Assembly: GCA_012295275.1 (NCBI GenBank)
Contig: CM022665.1
Location: forward strand, 34,720,001-34,784,000
Direction: 5' to 3'
DNA from: Chrysomallon squamiferum
Taxonomy: Eukaryota > Animalia > Mollusca
DNA length: 64,000 bases
The notes under the pieces were generated by a model. It was not told where the DNA came from. It ran no database searches and was given only the letters and a program-made list of their open reading frames with translations. This document shows positions 23,901-37,200 of this stretch, piece after piece; positions within the stretch are counted from its first letter, which is position 1, and each line of letters begins with the position of its first letter. Made by a program: the position numbers and the translations under genes.

Positions 23901-26366
23901 TTACAAATGTTCATGCACACACACATACACAACATTTGCCAACTTATTTTTAAATGCTGAATGTTTTACTAATTTACTATTCTTTCTTTTTATTTATCAT
24001 ATTTCATTTTGTAACAGGTAAATGGAAAGCCTCCCACCCGGGCATATCACAGTGCAACCCTGTATCGTCACGAACTCTGGGTATTTGGTGGAGTATTCCC
24101 CAAACCTGATCCCCATCCTGATGGTTGCAGCAATGAAATCCATATTTTCAGCCCTGTCATGGAAAGTTGGTACAGCCCAATAGTTACAGGAGAAAAACCT
24201 TCACCTCGATCTGGGTATATCTGTTTAATTTGTTGAAGTGAAATGGATAAAAAGTACTTAAATTCAGACACAGACTCTCCATGATAGTATAAACTAATTT
24301 AATCTGTTTAAGTTATGTACAAACACCTGATTAATTGAATTTGATGATGCAATAACAACAACAAAATATTTTGTTATTGTTGTGGGTTTTTTCTGTTTCT
24401 TTTTCTTTTTTTTTAAAATAATATTTCAGAATTACTTATCTGTAAAAATGTCTTAATTGGATGTTTATAATCTGGTGAAATAGAAAAACCAAAAGTGAAA
24501 AAATTAATTCTTTCAACTATTGTCACATTTTTTTCATCAGTAATATAACACTAGCTAAGCAGCTTCTTGATTGCTGATTTAAGAATATAGGTATTTTTAT
24601 TTATGAATAATACTATTATATAAATTCCTTGTGCTCTTTTTCTTCCTAGTCATTCAGCTACATTGATTAATGGTCACCTGGTGGTTTTTGGTGGATGGGA
24701 TGCACCAGTTCCTTACAATGATCTGTTTATACTGGACATGAGTGAGTTATTTCAGATATTTCTTCTCACTTAGAATCTCAAACCCTGTGTAATGTTTATC
24801 TTGAACAAAAACAACAGTTATTATTTACTGGAATTGTGAACCAGAAAGAGATATGCATACTTGATAGTATTCTGTCATATTATGAAATACTCAATTAATT
24901 GGTAATCAGTGTTTTATTTTCACTTTTTCTTAATTAATCATTTGGAAAAAAACAACAACCCCAAAATAGACATTTTAAAACATTCTGCTAGTAGATTATT
25001 TCTGAATCCATTTGTGCTTATTCTGTTTTGTTCTTTTTTTAAAATGTTTTCTTTGTTATTGCAGGTACAGTGGACTGGTCAAAACCAGCTGTTTCAGGAA
25101 CTCCACCCAAACCAAGAAGGTTAATTTCATTTGTTTACATTCTGATCATTATTAAGGATAAAATATCACAAACTGTTTTTTTTTTCTCACATTTCCAGCT
25201 TTGTTTTCATTTCTCTCAGTATGTTGATGTCACAGTTAGATTAACAGGCAAGAGAAGTATTTTCTTTCATGTTTTCTTAGTGTGGTCATTTGGTTATATA
25301 CTTTATTAGCATGTTCTGGTCTCCTTAAACAGATAAAACATGATGATTAAAATTAAAAATTACCTTAACTGATAACACTGTATTTTAAAAATAACCTGAT
25401 AATAATTTTATATTAGTTAACTCCTCATTTTAATATATCTACAATTATATTTATTTTCCATTCCAGACATGAATTTGTCAGTGATCATGTTTTCCTATCA
25501 GTTAAAAAGAATAAATAAAAGATTTTGTAAAGCTAACTAATAAACTGATATGCTTTGATTAATAATAATGTTAAAATTACCTGTATAGCAAACATTCATG
25601 TCTTTGTTATTCAGCTGGCATGCTTCATGTGCTCTGAGTAACAAGAGAATTCTCATTCATGGTGGCTATGATGGAAACGATGCACTCAGTGATACTCACA
25701 TTTTTAACCTTGGTACATTTTGACCTTCTAATATTATTTCACATCTTACAAGTAATATATAACTAGATCAAGATATATACTTAATTCCACAACTCATGAC
25801 GGTACTTTAAATGGATCATATTACATTTTTTTGAAATTCTTTAAATGAAAAAAATATAAATAACTTCATAAATAAAATTTTATTACAATAAACCATAATT
25901 ATTATCAACCCAAATATTCATTAACATAATATATCAATTTTTTTTTTTTTATAAAAATATCTAGAGTTTATCTCAGTACTGCCAACTGATCTTACATTTT
26001 CTGTTTATCTTATAGAAATAAATATTTCAACGTTATCTGGATGTGGGGGTTGTGGTTTTGTGTGAAGTTTTCTTTTGGGAGGGGGGGTCACATAAAAAAG
26101 AAACACATATTTATTTAGTTTCTACAAACAAGTCCACATTTTACACCTTTATCTATTTTGTTACAGCAACTCTCTCATGGGTTGAAATAATGCTAGACTC
26201 GGCTCCTGGAGCTAGAACAGGACATATATGTCTGTGCTTGCCATATTACCATGAAAACCAGGAAGAAGATGAAGTACTGATGTTTGGAGGTGGTGACAAT
26301 GATGGCAACTTCTTCAATGATTTATTCAGTCTCTGTGTCTCCTTTCATCCCGTTATTAAAGCATAA
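20971..26366 (+). CDS. Kelch-repeat beta-propeller protein (uncharacterised N-terminal domain, low-complexity linker, about six kelch repeats); 11 exons, 546 aa
   Basis: Exons 20971-21032, 21266-21439, 21951-22152, 22566-22812, 23215-23340, 23704-23891, 24018-24214, 24650-24741, 25065-25119, 25615-25712, 26167-26366. All GT-AG, phases compatible, total 1641 nt. Kelch motifs include RMGHTAV..VYVYGG, PPTRAYHSA..WVFGG, PSPRSGHSA..VVFGGWD, PRSWHAS..LIHGGYDG and ARTGH..LMFGGGD. Confidence 0.9.
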
Positions 26367-27388
26367 GATGTGGATTCAAAATTGAAGGACATTCATTGAA
26401 GAATGGTACAAGGTGCTCTAATATATGTGTATATATCTTTGTTGCAATACTGCAAAATCTCTTTCGTTTGTATTAATCTGGCAGCGAATTCAGTTTAAAA
26501 CAATGAAAATATTAAAAATCAAAACAACAACAAAAAAACACACACAATTATTAACTTTATTACAAAGCAGATATAAGCTGTGCTGTAAGTCCAGTACAGG
26601 TAATACATTTTAAGAACACAATGAAAATATAAAAATTCTAACCAAACTTTATTACAAATATGAAATAGAGGTTTTTTTTTTTTTCTTGCAATATTAACTA
26701 TTGTTTCTTTTTGCTTAGTAGCTTTTCTACTCCATTCAGCCTTGAAAAGTTAATAATACAGTTAGGCAGACCTTTAAAATAACAAGTCAAGCCAATTTTT
26801 CTTAGCAATTTATAATTATAATTACATACTATTATTATTATTATTATTTTAAGAAAACCACAAAAAGTACGATTTACAGGACTAGAGGCTGATGTCACTT
26901 GTAATACAGTCTGACAATGTGAATAAGTTTGTACTTGTAGATACGTTTTTACTTCATTAAATATTTAGAATTTTAACAGTACTTTAACAATGTTTTAATT
27001 GTTAAGCAAAAATTTTTAAATGTTTTTATTTTATTATTTTAATTTATATTTTATGAAATTTTATGAAATTTTTAAAACTAAATAGGTAAATAATAAATAT
27101 TTTAATTCTGCAGTATTCTTGTTTGTAAAACATTGACTAATATGTATATGCAATTACATGGATTTATTGTTACTAAGTAAGTTTTACTTTAAATAAACAT
27201 ATAGACTTGATGAACGTAATTTGTCTTAAGTTAAGAACATATTTCTCTTAATAATAAGTTTTTATATTTATGAAATGGTTTTAATTCTGTTGCAGCCATT
27301 TTAGCTTTTTAATACTTAACAGCATTTGTTTTTTTCAATTGCATTTGATCATCACATTTGTTCTGAATTTTTGACTAGTTATTTGTGT

Positions 27389-27394
27389 AATAAA
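27389..27394 (+). terminator. Candidate polyadenylation signal of the kelch gene
   Basis: AATAAA about 1 kb after the stop, followed by a GT/T-rich tract; weak evidence in AT-rich DNA. Confidence 0.3.
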
Positions 27395-27891
27395 AGCTAA
27401 AATATTTGCTATTGTTTCTTGTTTTCTTTTTTATGTACGTTTTCAAATAAGCATTACTAAATTGCATATCTTATTATCATGAGTTTGCAGCCTTTCTGCT
27501 TCCATAGTTCATGAGTAACATGGAAAAACAATACAGAAGTATATTCCAGTGATAAATATCCGATTAATAATTAATGAACCATACCTTACATGTTACATAA
27601 ACTTCCCATAAAAATGGCAGATGTGTTCCAGTAACTGAGTTGTGGTTAGAAGTAGAATGCACAGAGGATTTATGAATTTGACAATAAATTAATGCAAGTG
27701 AAAATTATAGCAATTGAAAAATTGCTGGAAGATTTTTGATCACTTCATTACTCACAAAAAGAGGCCACTTTGTTTTAGATTCTTTTAAATTTAACAAAAC
27801 CAGACCAACAAAAAACTAAATAAAACTCAAATAAATATACAAACATCAAAGTCAAGGACAATTAACAAAATTAAAAGACATTAATAAACAT

Positions 27892-27897
27892 TTTATT
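27892..27897 (-). terminator. Candidate polyadenylation signal of the RhoGEF gene
   Basis: AATAAA on the minus strand followed by a GT/T-rich tract; weak evidence in AT-rich DNA. Confidence 0.3.
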
Positions 27898-29521
27898 GAA
27901 AGATGCTGTAAATATGAGAAATATTTGTCATATAAAAATATCTACAAAAAATAAAAACATCTTTAAACAAAGCACAAATTAAAATTTCTGTTGTTAAACA
28001 CAGATTCAAAAAAATAAATAAAAAATGTAATTTAATTCTCAATCTTATAGAAATGGTCCTATGTGTATTTTTTGGATGCAATAATAAAGGAAATAACAGT
28101 AAAATTTTGTACTTGTTTTTGTAAAATACAGCCTAATTTAGGACTGAAATTAACTCACCAAACATTAAAGGAAATAAAACAAAAGCTTTAATTATTTCTT
28201 TTCTTCTATTTTTAAAGAAAGTAATTTATCCCATATATCTTGTGTTTTGCCTTCTTTTTTGCTGTAATAAATTTTATTCTCAAAATGCTAGCATGTTTAT
28301 TAAAATTTACACAAAAAGACTGGTGGAATGTTACTGTTTTGGACTTTTGTACTTTTTAAGGCTTTTACAATAAGTTGAATAAATAATGGTTCTATTCATG
28401 GTAAAAAATAAACTTCTTTAATTTTTATAAACTATTTTTAGTTTTGGAAGAAATCAAAACAAGCAAACTCTATAAATAAACTGCACTACTGGCCATAACA
28501 ATAATTAAAATCAATACTATAAAGGATGTCAAATCCAATGGTAAGAACACCATTAAAAGAATACATTTCCTCACAGAGGACTTACTTTTATGTTTGGCTA
28601 AATTTTGATTAAAATTAGCAAATAAGTATATTAAACAAATGAAATGTCAATACAAAGTACTGGCACCAGTCCAGTGAAAAAGAAAGAAAAAGAAAAAAAT
28701 CCTGCATAGACTTAATAACCATCTGAACCTGCAGACAGATTTCACAAATAAAATAAGAAACTTAGAAAGACATAAAAAGCTATTATACAGCAAATAAATT
28801 AAAAGCTAATGAGAGACATCAAAATATACATAAAATACTTTTGTGTAAATAATAGTTGTACATATAAACGATATTTCAATAATATTATTAAGGCACTTAC
28901 AGATGTATGAAATAAGGATGTTTAGAAAGAACATTCAGTAAATTAGATATTAAAGGCAGTATTAGCCACATAATTATTTATATTTCTGAACTCTAGAATG
29001 TAATATCTAAACTTACTTTTGTAGCTGTACCATCTTAAAAAGACAGTACAACTATTATAAGGCATGAATGGCTATTTAAAATTATCAGTAATGGTATTTA
29101 CTAGGGGGTGAAGTCAGAGCTTCAGAATCAGCTACAGAACAGTTCTTTCACACACACACCCTCCAAAAGAAAAAGAAAGTAAATATTTAAAAAGAAGAAT
29201 TAAACTACTTTAAAATAATCTTAAAAATATTTCAGAGTCTAAAACAGTTTTTAAATATTCTCTAAATATGTACATTAAAAGAAAATTAGAAAATAATCAA
29301 GGTAATTATTTTCAAAGAATTATCAATAACTGAGTCTATTTTTAGTTGTATTTGATCCTCGTAACTGTTTCTCATATCAGTTTTCCATTACAGAAAACTC
29401 AGAACATTTTAAATAAATGTATTAGATTCTGTGGACAGATAAACAGAGAATAGAATAAAATGATAATATACTGTATCTAATTGTTTATCATATAGATTTA
29501 AAAAAAAAAAAAACATTTCTT

Positions 29522-32500
29522 CTACACATTACTACTATTCTGTCCATCAAGATCTCGGAAGAGAAAAAATAAAGGAGATTTCTTTTTTCTCGAAAAAGCA
29601 TTCATCTGTTCATTTTTCATGCTGCTGTCTCCAACATAGGTCACATTACCAACACTGGCATTGTTTGTAACTTGTTTTTCGGTACCACAGTTGTCTACTT
29701 GATGGGTTAGTTCATTAGGCCGACTTGTTTTGCAATCAGAATTGCCATAAATTTGGTCTCCCTTCATTACAGGCTCTTTTGTTCGATTATTGTTATTTGC
29801 AGAATTTTCTAGACTGATTTGATCTCCTTTGACAATACGAGCTTTGTCACAAGCTTGATTAGTGTAGCCATGTTGTTTGAAATAAGCAGCTTCCAACTGA
29901 TCAAGTCTTACAGATCCTCTGTAACAATAAAACAGGGATAAATATGCAAATATATATATATATTAATATAATAAAGTTTTAAAAATATTAATTTACTTAC
30001 ATTTTTGTACTTCTGAAAAAGTTTGCATTAAAAAAATAAAAAAAATAAAAATAACTCACCAATCAGGGATAAAATTAGAAGGAATGTGAAATATTCTTAA
30101 GGGTCATTCCATGTCAAATCACCCCCCCCCCCAAAAAAAATAATTTAAACCCGACTGTCTCAGATTTTTATGAAACTTGGTATACTTGTTGACTGGGATC
30201 CCACTGCACCAAATCTGAAATATTAGCCCAATTGGATCAGTGGTGTGGGAGATACGGTCCACCGAATTTTGAGATTTTTGGCAAAAATGGGCGTGACCAC
30301 CAACCTTAGAACCCTCATATCTCAGGAACTACTGAGCCAATCTTCATAAAATTGGTATTGTTGAAAAGGCAATATGACAAGGATTCCAGTTCGGAAAATA
30401 TTGGAGTACATTGACCTATTGACCTTTGCTATGACCTTGAAATTGAACGTGTGGATCACGTGACATTGAGATGACCTTTATTGAAATTTAATCTCCCACA
30501 TGTTAACTAAAACAGATAAAAGTTTCCTGGGTGTAATATTTTTTGTTTAGCCACAATATAGATTTAAAAAATGCACATACATGAAAATAACACCTTTTCA
30601 GCCATTAACATCTGATTAACTAAAACGTGAATGATCAATTCTGGATGTTAGGAATCACCATCTTTCTTGGTCATCGAGTAAGACATTGTAGGCCTACATG
30701 TATGCATAAAGTTCACATAAATTTGAGAGAACTAGGTGTTTCTGATGCTTAACCTTCTCACCATCTTTGTTTCAAATGCTCACTGTATCCTTCATTCCCT
30801 GACATATTCTACTGTTCTCATCACTTTCATAAAATTGGATTATTTCCTTCTTCAATTCATTTGACAGAACTTTCCCTTGTTTCTTATCACAGAGGGATAG
30901 AATCACTTTCTCTTTCTTCACCACACAGCTTTTTTTCATAAGATAATTCGTTGTTTCAAATTCATTCATTGTCCTTTCAATGGTAAAGGGTGACAAAATC
31001 AAGATTTGCACACGCTCTTGGTAGGATTCAGACATTAAGATGTCAGTTTAATGTTACTGTAGCTGATGCTAGTTTTTTTCTGTCCTTTCATTCGTTTACT
31101 GGAATGTGCTAGTGAATGGAGTTTGACAGGAGTTTCGCCTAAACTAAACAGGATAGAATTCAAATCAAAGTCCTTTTCTGGGGAAACAACAACCAGCGGT
31201 TTGTCTGGCAAGTTATCATCAAATTCTCCCATAGTAATACCACCCATACTAAAGCCATCCTCTGCAGGACCTTTGATTTCTGAAGGGTAATCAGACAAAC
31301 ACAGCACAACTTGTCTCCTGGCACTAATATCTTTGGAGGATTTACTAAGCATTTGTTAGTGCCCATGCTAACAATTCTTAAATATCTAGTGCGTGCTTGC
31401 TTAGGATGGCGATTAAGGGGATCACAACAGTTTTTCCGCAATGTTGAAAATTTGATTAAAAGTTCTTGTTCATGATGTGAACAGATACTCTTGATGTCCC
31501 ATGTTTTGATCCCACTTCAAAGAGTGAGGAGTTCAACTTCCTCAGTTTTCCATACACTTCGCAACAACTCCTTTTTGATATGATGGTGTTGATAACACAC
31601 ATTTTCAGGAGAGTTAAAGCTGCAGTTAGCCCTGGAAGAAATAAGGAATTTCAGTATTGGCCTGCATCTTAAATTCAATAGAATAAAGTCAGTGCTTTCC
31701 TAAATATCAAATCAAATCCTGAAACCCTTTCAGTTAAGTTAAGCAGGTCATAAAATGGCAGCAGAGTATATGTGTTATTGCCAAAGGCCCACAAGTCTTG
31801 GGCATTTATGTCAATCTTCTCAAGTATAAATCACTGTTTATTAAGGTGAAGGTAGACCTTGTTCATACTCTGTGCTGAAGACTGGGTGTACAAATACATT
31901 ATGCAGTGCATCACTTGATGACGTCTGATTTCAGACTGGGTTGTACTGTTGTTGACTGAAACCTTGTTCAAAACCAATGGCAAGGCCACATGACATGATA
32001 AAATGACTTCATAGGTTTTATGAAGAAAACAATGCTTACTTATCAACATCTGACATTGTGTCCAACTTAAAAAGCTTCAGATTGTCAAAGAAATGCAGAT
32101 GAAGAAATTTCTTTGTCTTAAACATCTAATTGCCATGTGCTCAATGGGGATTGCACGAGGGGATCTAAAGGAGTTCCCGACCTGCCTGAAGCATCACTTC
32201 CTGTTAACCCTTTGAGCCTGATTGTGTAGAACATGTCATGCCCTTCATATCCTTCAGGTATTCCTTCAGACATGTCAGGAGGGTTTTAACTCCAAAGATG
32301 AGTTTTTGGTCTCAGAGAAAATGTACATTGTAATGCATTGTATCAATCATCCATGCAGGTATGCATTTTTTAAATCTCTATTATGGCTAAACAAAAAATA
32401 TTACACCCAGGAAACTTTTATATGTGAACTTTATGCATACATGTAGGCCTACAATGTCTTACTCGATGATCAAGAAAGATGGTGATTCCTAGCATCCAGT

Positions 32501-33372
32501 ATTGATCATTCAGGTTTTAGTTAATCAGATGTTAATGGCTGAAAAGGTGTTTTTTTCATGTATGTGCATTTTTTAAATCTATATTGTGGCTAAACAAAAA
32601 ATATTACACCCAGGAAACTTTTATGTGTTTTAGTTAACATGTGGGAGATTAAATTTCAATAAAGGTCATCTCAAGGTCACGTGATCCACACATTCAATTT
32701 CAAGGTCATAGCAAAGGTCAATAGGTCAATGTACTCCAATATTTTCCAAACTGAACAAAAATGGCAGATTGCCTTTTCAGGATCCCAGTCAACAAGTATA
32801 CCAAGTTTTATAAAAATCTGAGACAGTCGGGTTTAAACCATTGGGTGATTTGACACGGAATGACCCTTAAATATGTAACAGATAATTTTATAATTAAACA
32901 GTCAAAAGTAATAACTTTTTATAAAAAAATTAGTTTACAAGAAACTACAATTTCTTTATTTTTAATTTTAGATAAATGTGCAAAAATTATTGTTACAACA
33001 GTTTATTAATGTAAAAATAGCAATGAAAATGTATTTAAATATGTCTCACAAAATTTTATTTTTTACTTTATTACTATTTTTCAGTAAATGTTGTCATTAA
33101 ATGAAATATAATAAAATGTTAATTCTAGTACATTAAATAAATTATGGAATAATATATACATTTTTAAAATTTACGTATATAATCAAACTTAATATAAATA
33201 TAAAATTATTCAAATATGTGAGAATACAGACAGGTAGATTGGTGAAGAATGAATATATAATAAAACAATTGTTATACAGATACATCAAGCCAGTGAATAG
33301 CAAAATTTTTCTAAATGATGGGGAAAAAAGATTTACAAAAATGTCAATAATTTAATATTAACCCCAATATTT

Positions 33373-33403
<31 letters not shown>

Positions 33404-34094
33404 CCCATCCATGAACAAGAATTATCAATAATCTGATGTTTAAAATATATTAGTCTAAATCTGTAAAAGATCTCCTTTCCATATATTAAAATTATGACTG
33501 TTTAATAAATTATAAAAATACACGATGGTTACACTGTAATTATAAGTTACAGTTTATTTTACTATGTAAAATTATATTTTATTAAATTATATTAGTATAC
33601 ATAATGTTACTATTATTGCAAATGTGTTAGAGCAAAATAATTGTGGACATTTTATAGTAAGTAAATAACTCCACTGATTTCTAGAACTACAAACTGAAAT
33701 GATTTAAAATATACTTTTAATTTTTTGGAATATTTAAGAATAACGTTTATGCAACAAATACATTTTTTAAAGAAATACCATAAAATGTCCATAATAATAC
33801 AAAGTTTAAAATACAGTATATTTTTATAGGAAAATATTTTAAATATTAGATTATAAAAATATGGAAAGAAAGGCAGAGAAGTGCATTCTTTAATGAGTTA
33901 TCTCCCTTCACCTGCAGTGCCATAGACATACTTACTGCTCAGGATGTGAGTGATGGTGCACCTTTGATAAAGGTAGATTTGCCAACAGCCCACTACATTA
34001 TCACAACAATAATGAATTAATCATGTATTTATTTGAAATACAACTTTCACACTATATTACTCTGTTAAAAAGCAAAACCACAAAAAAACAAAAA

Positions 34095-34125
<31 letters not shown>

Positions 34126-34200
34126 CAATCTAAAATAAACTTAAAAAACAAAAATTTATAAAAAGCAACAAAACTCCAAACACAGTGATGAACACATCAG

Positions 34201-34231
<31 letters not shown>

Positions 34232-37200
34232 CTTTGCATTTGGGTTATTTAAGAAGCCATGTTTAAGAAATATATGTTTAAATATTTTCCTTTATGATAG
34301 AGTTCATGATTAAATAATGGGTATTACTGTCAGAGAAATGTTATTCACTTGGTATCAACATGCTTTCAGTGTGAGGAATCCAGGGCTGAATAAATAGGTG
34401 CTAGTTTAATACACACAGATTGTGAGTACACTAGAGAAATAAATAAAAACTAACCATGCTTGTCAGAAACAGCTGATAGACTGAAAATAGATATTTGTGC
34501 AGACTGAAGTTTCTATTTCAAAATAAACTTGTGCAAGTCCATGTGTTTAGTGGACAGAAAAGAAAGAACTATAGAAATAGTCTTCTTTTTTTTCAAAATA
34601 TTTTCACTTTGTTAAAATCATGAAGTACATGCAACAAGGATAAACTGAAATAAACACTCTTTTAACAACAAAATTAAAAGTTTTATATATTTACTTACCG
34701 TATATACTTGTGTATAAGTCGAATTTTTGGGAGACTATATTAAGGTAATTTTGGGGGGGTCGACTTATACATAGGTAATGCTTTTGTAGCTGTTGCTGAA
34801 GAGTCGCCATTTTGATTATTTTTTGCTACGGGATGCATCTAAAATAATCACGGTCTTTCAGCTTTTCAAAAATATAATTTTATCGTATAAAATTTTTTGA
34901 AAAATTAAATAACAAAACCAAATATGAATGTAAAACATGATATTCTTCCATTTAATGACATAAAAATACATTTTAAAGTGAGAAAACCATCAGTACAGCG
35001 TCTTGCAATGATCTAGGAATGCAGACTTCTCTGCCAAATTGCACTAAATATCGGTCCTAATTTCATAAACAAAACTCACTTGTGTTATTGTAAAGAATTT
35101 GGTGAAATAATATTGCAATAGTCATTAATATCCACTACCGACAAATCGAAAACAAACTAAATTTCTATAAACATTCTGCAACAAAAATCAGTTCAACTTC
35201 TCGCCATATTTGTTATTCTAGTCGGTTGCCAAGTGCGCAAAGCCTCGGCCAATTAGCGCGCTAGGAATAGGATCGGGGGCGTGTCTTGTAGCAGAGTTTC
35301 AATAGAAACAAATATTGCTGAGGTTCCGAAATTATCTTACTTTGAATTGCACGTGCAAGTTACAGCTCGTGCAAGTTATGTTACAGTAGGCGTACAATGT
35401 AGGCCTTCATGGCACTGTCACACTGGTCTAAAAATAGTGATGGTGCCTGGAATCTACAGTTGACTTATACACAAGTAATACCTAAAATGACGCAATTTTT
35501 GGTCTTAAAATACACATCGACTTATACATAAGGTCGCCTTGTACACAAGTATATACGGTAAATACTTTTTATTATAAAATTTACGTTCAGTGGTATAGCA
35601 TTAAAAATTACATAGTACTGATTAAAATTAAAAAAATAAAGGCAAAACAATGTAATACCACAACATATTTTATCTGTTTAATTAATATATTTTTACACCT
35701 GTACTTCATAATTTTTAGAAAGTTACTTTGATTTTAACTATAAAATAAAGTAAATACCTAAAAACTGGTGTTGGCATCAGAAGATCACCTAACAGTACAT
35801 AAAATCAACATACAAAAACAAGTAGACAGTGTTAATGACATCTAAACTGAAATAATTTAATAGATGTTAATTTAGTAATTGATAATAATCTTTATGAAAG
35901 CAAAAATTAAATAATGCTAAAATAAATAATTTAAACAATTCAAAGGTTATTTTGGTAAACAACAATGCATTATTCCAATCATTCTAAATTCATGATCTTT
36001 TCCAGTATTTTTCTTGGAAGGCAGTAGGAAAATTATTACTATTATTATTATTATTATTATTATTATATTTTAAGTAGTATTAAATATTAATATTCTGCTT
36101 CCATGAAACAAAAGCACAAATGGAACATGCCAAAGGACAGCACTCTACCAAAAATACTAACTGTAATGTTAAAAATATCATAATGCACATTCTGAAATAT
36201 GAACATGATAAATTACTGAAGCTGCATTAATTGCATTTGTTAATATACTTTCTAATACATTTTTATAATAATATTATGTTCATTTTTAAATACATCAGTT
36301 TAAAGCACTTTCTGTTTTGAAATTAATAACAATGACTTTCAGAACTCTTTTTCACAAACTAACATGCTGACAGAGGTACATGTCACATGCATGCACGCAC
36401 ACACACATACAAGATACACACAAACAATAACAACAATAATAATAGACAAATTTAAATTCATGTTTCAGTTAGAAACAAAAGTAACCCCAAAAGTAATGAA
36501 CACTACTTACTTCTTTTTCCCAAAGAAATGTTTGAGAGATTTTAATGTAGATTTTTTGCCAACATCTTCAGATGATTTTGACAAATTTTCCAAAGAATTG
36601 TATCGCTTTCCATCTTTCTTTTTCTTTTTATCATCATTTTTCATCAAGCTGTTTTGAATTTCAGCAGAATTTGTGAAAGTCTGTCTGACTTTAGCTTTTG
36701 GCTGAGTACAAGGATTGAAGTCCTGATCAAACATAATCTTTTCAAGACTGGATTTCATGTCAGACTTTGGTGAAGTTTTCAACAAACTTTCATCAGAGGA
36801 CAAAACTGATGTGTCTTTTCCTTTCTTGCTTTCAAAATCTCTCAAGTGAGTTACTGGAAGAGTTACTGGCTGTGATCTTACAATATCATCTTGGCACATT
36901 TTACCATTAGTAACAGAAACACCTCCATTTGTTGTGACAACATTTACTGAATTAGAAGGATTTACTGATTGTTCCTTTATTTGAGAGTTCATCTCATTCA
37001 CCTGAGAAGAGTTATTTTGTTGTTTCCTTGTCTGTAGAACTAAATTATCACATGAATGTTTCTGGTCATTTTCAGTAAATCTTCTATTCCCATTATCATT
37101 CAACCTTCTGTCCTGTCCTGGTTGATTTCCACTATTGTTCAAATCTGATCTCATGGACTCTTCAAAAGTAGAATTTGGTAAATATGTGGAGTCAGAATGC

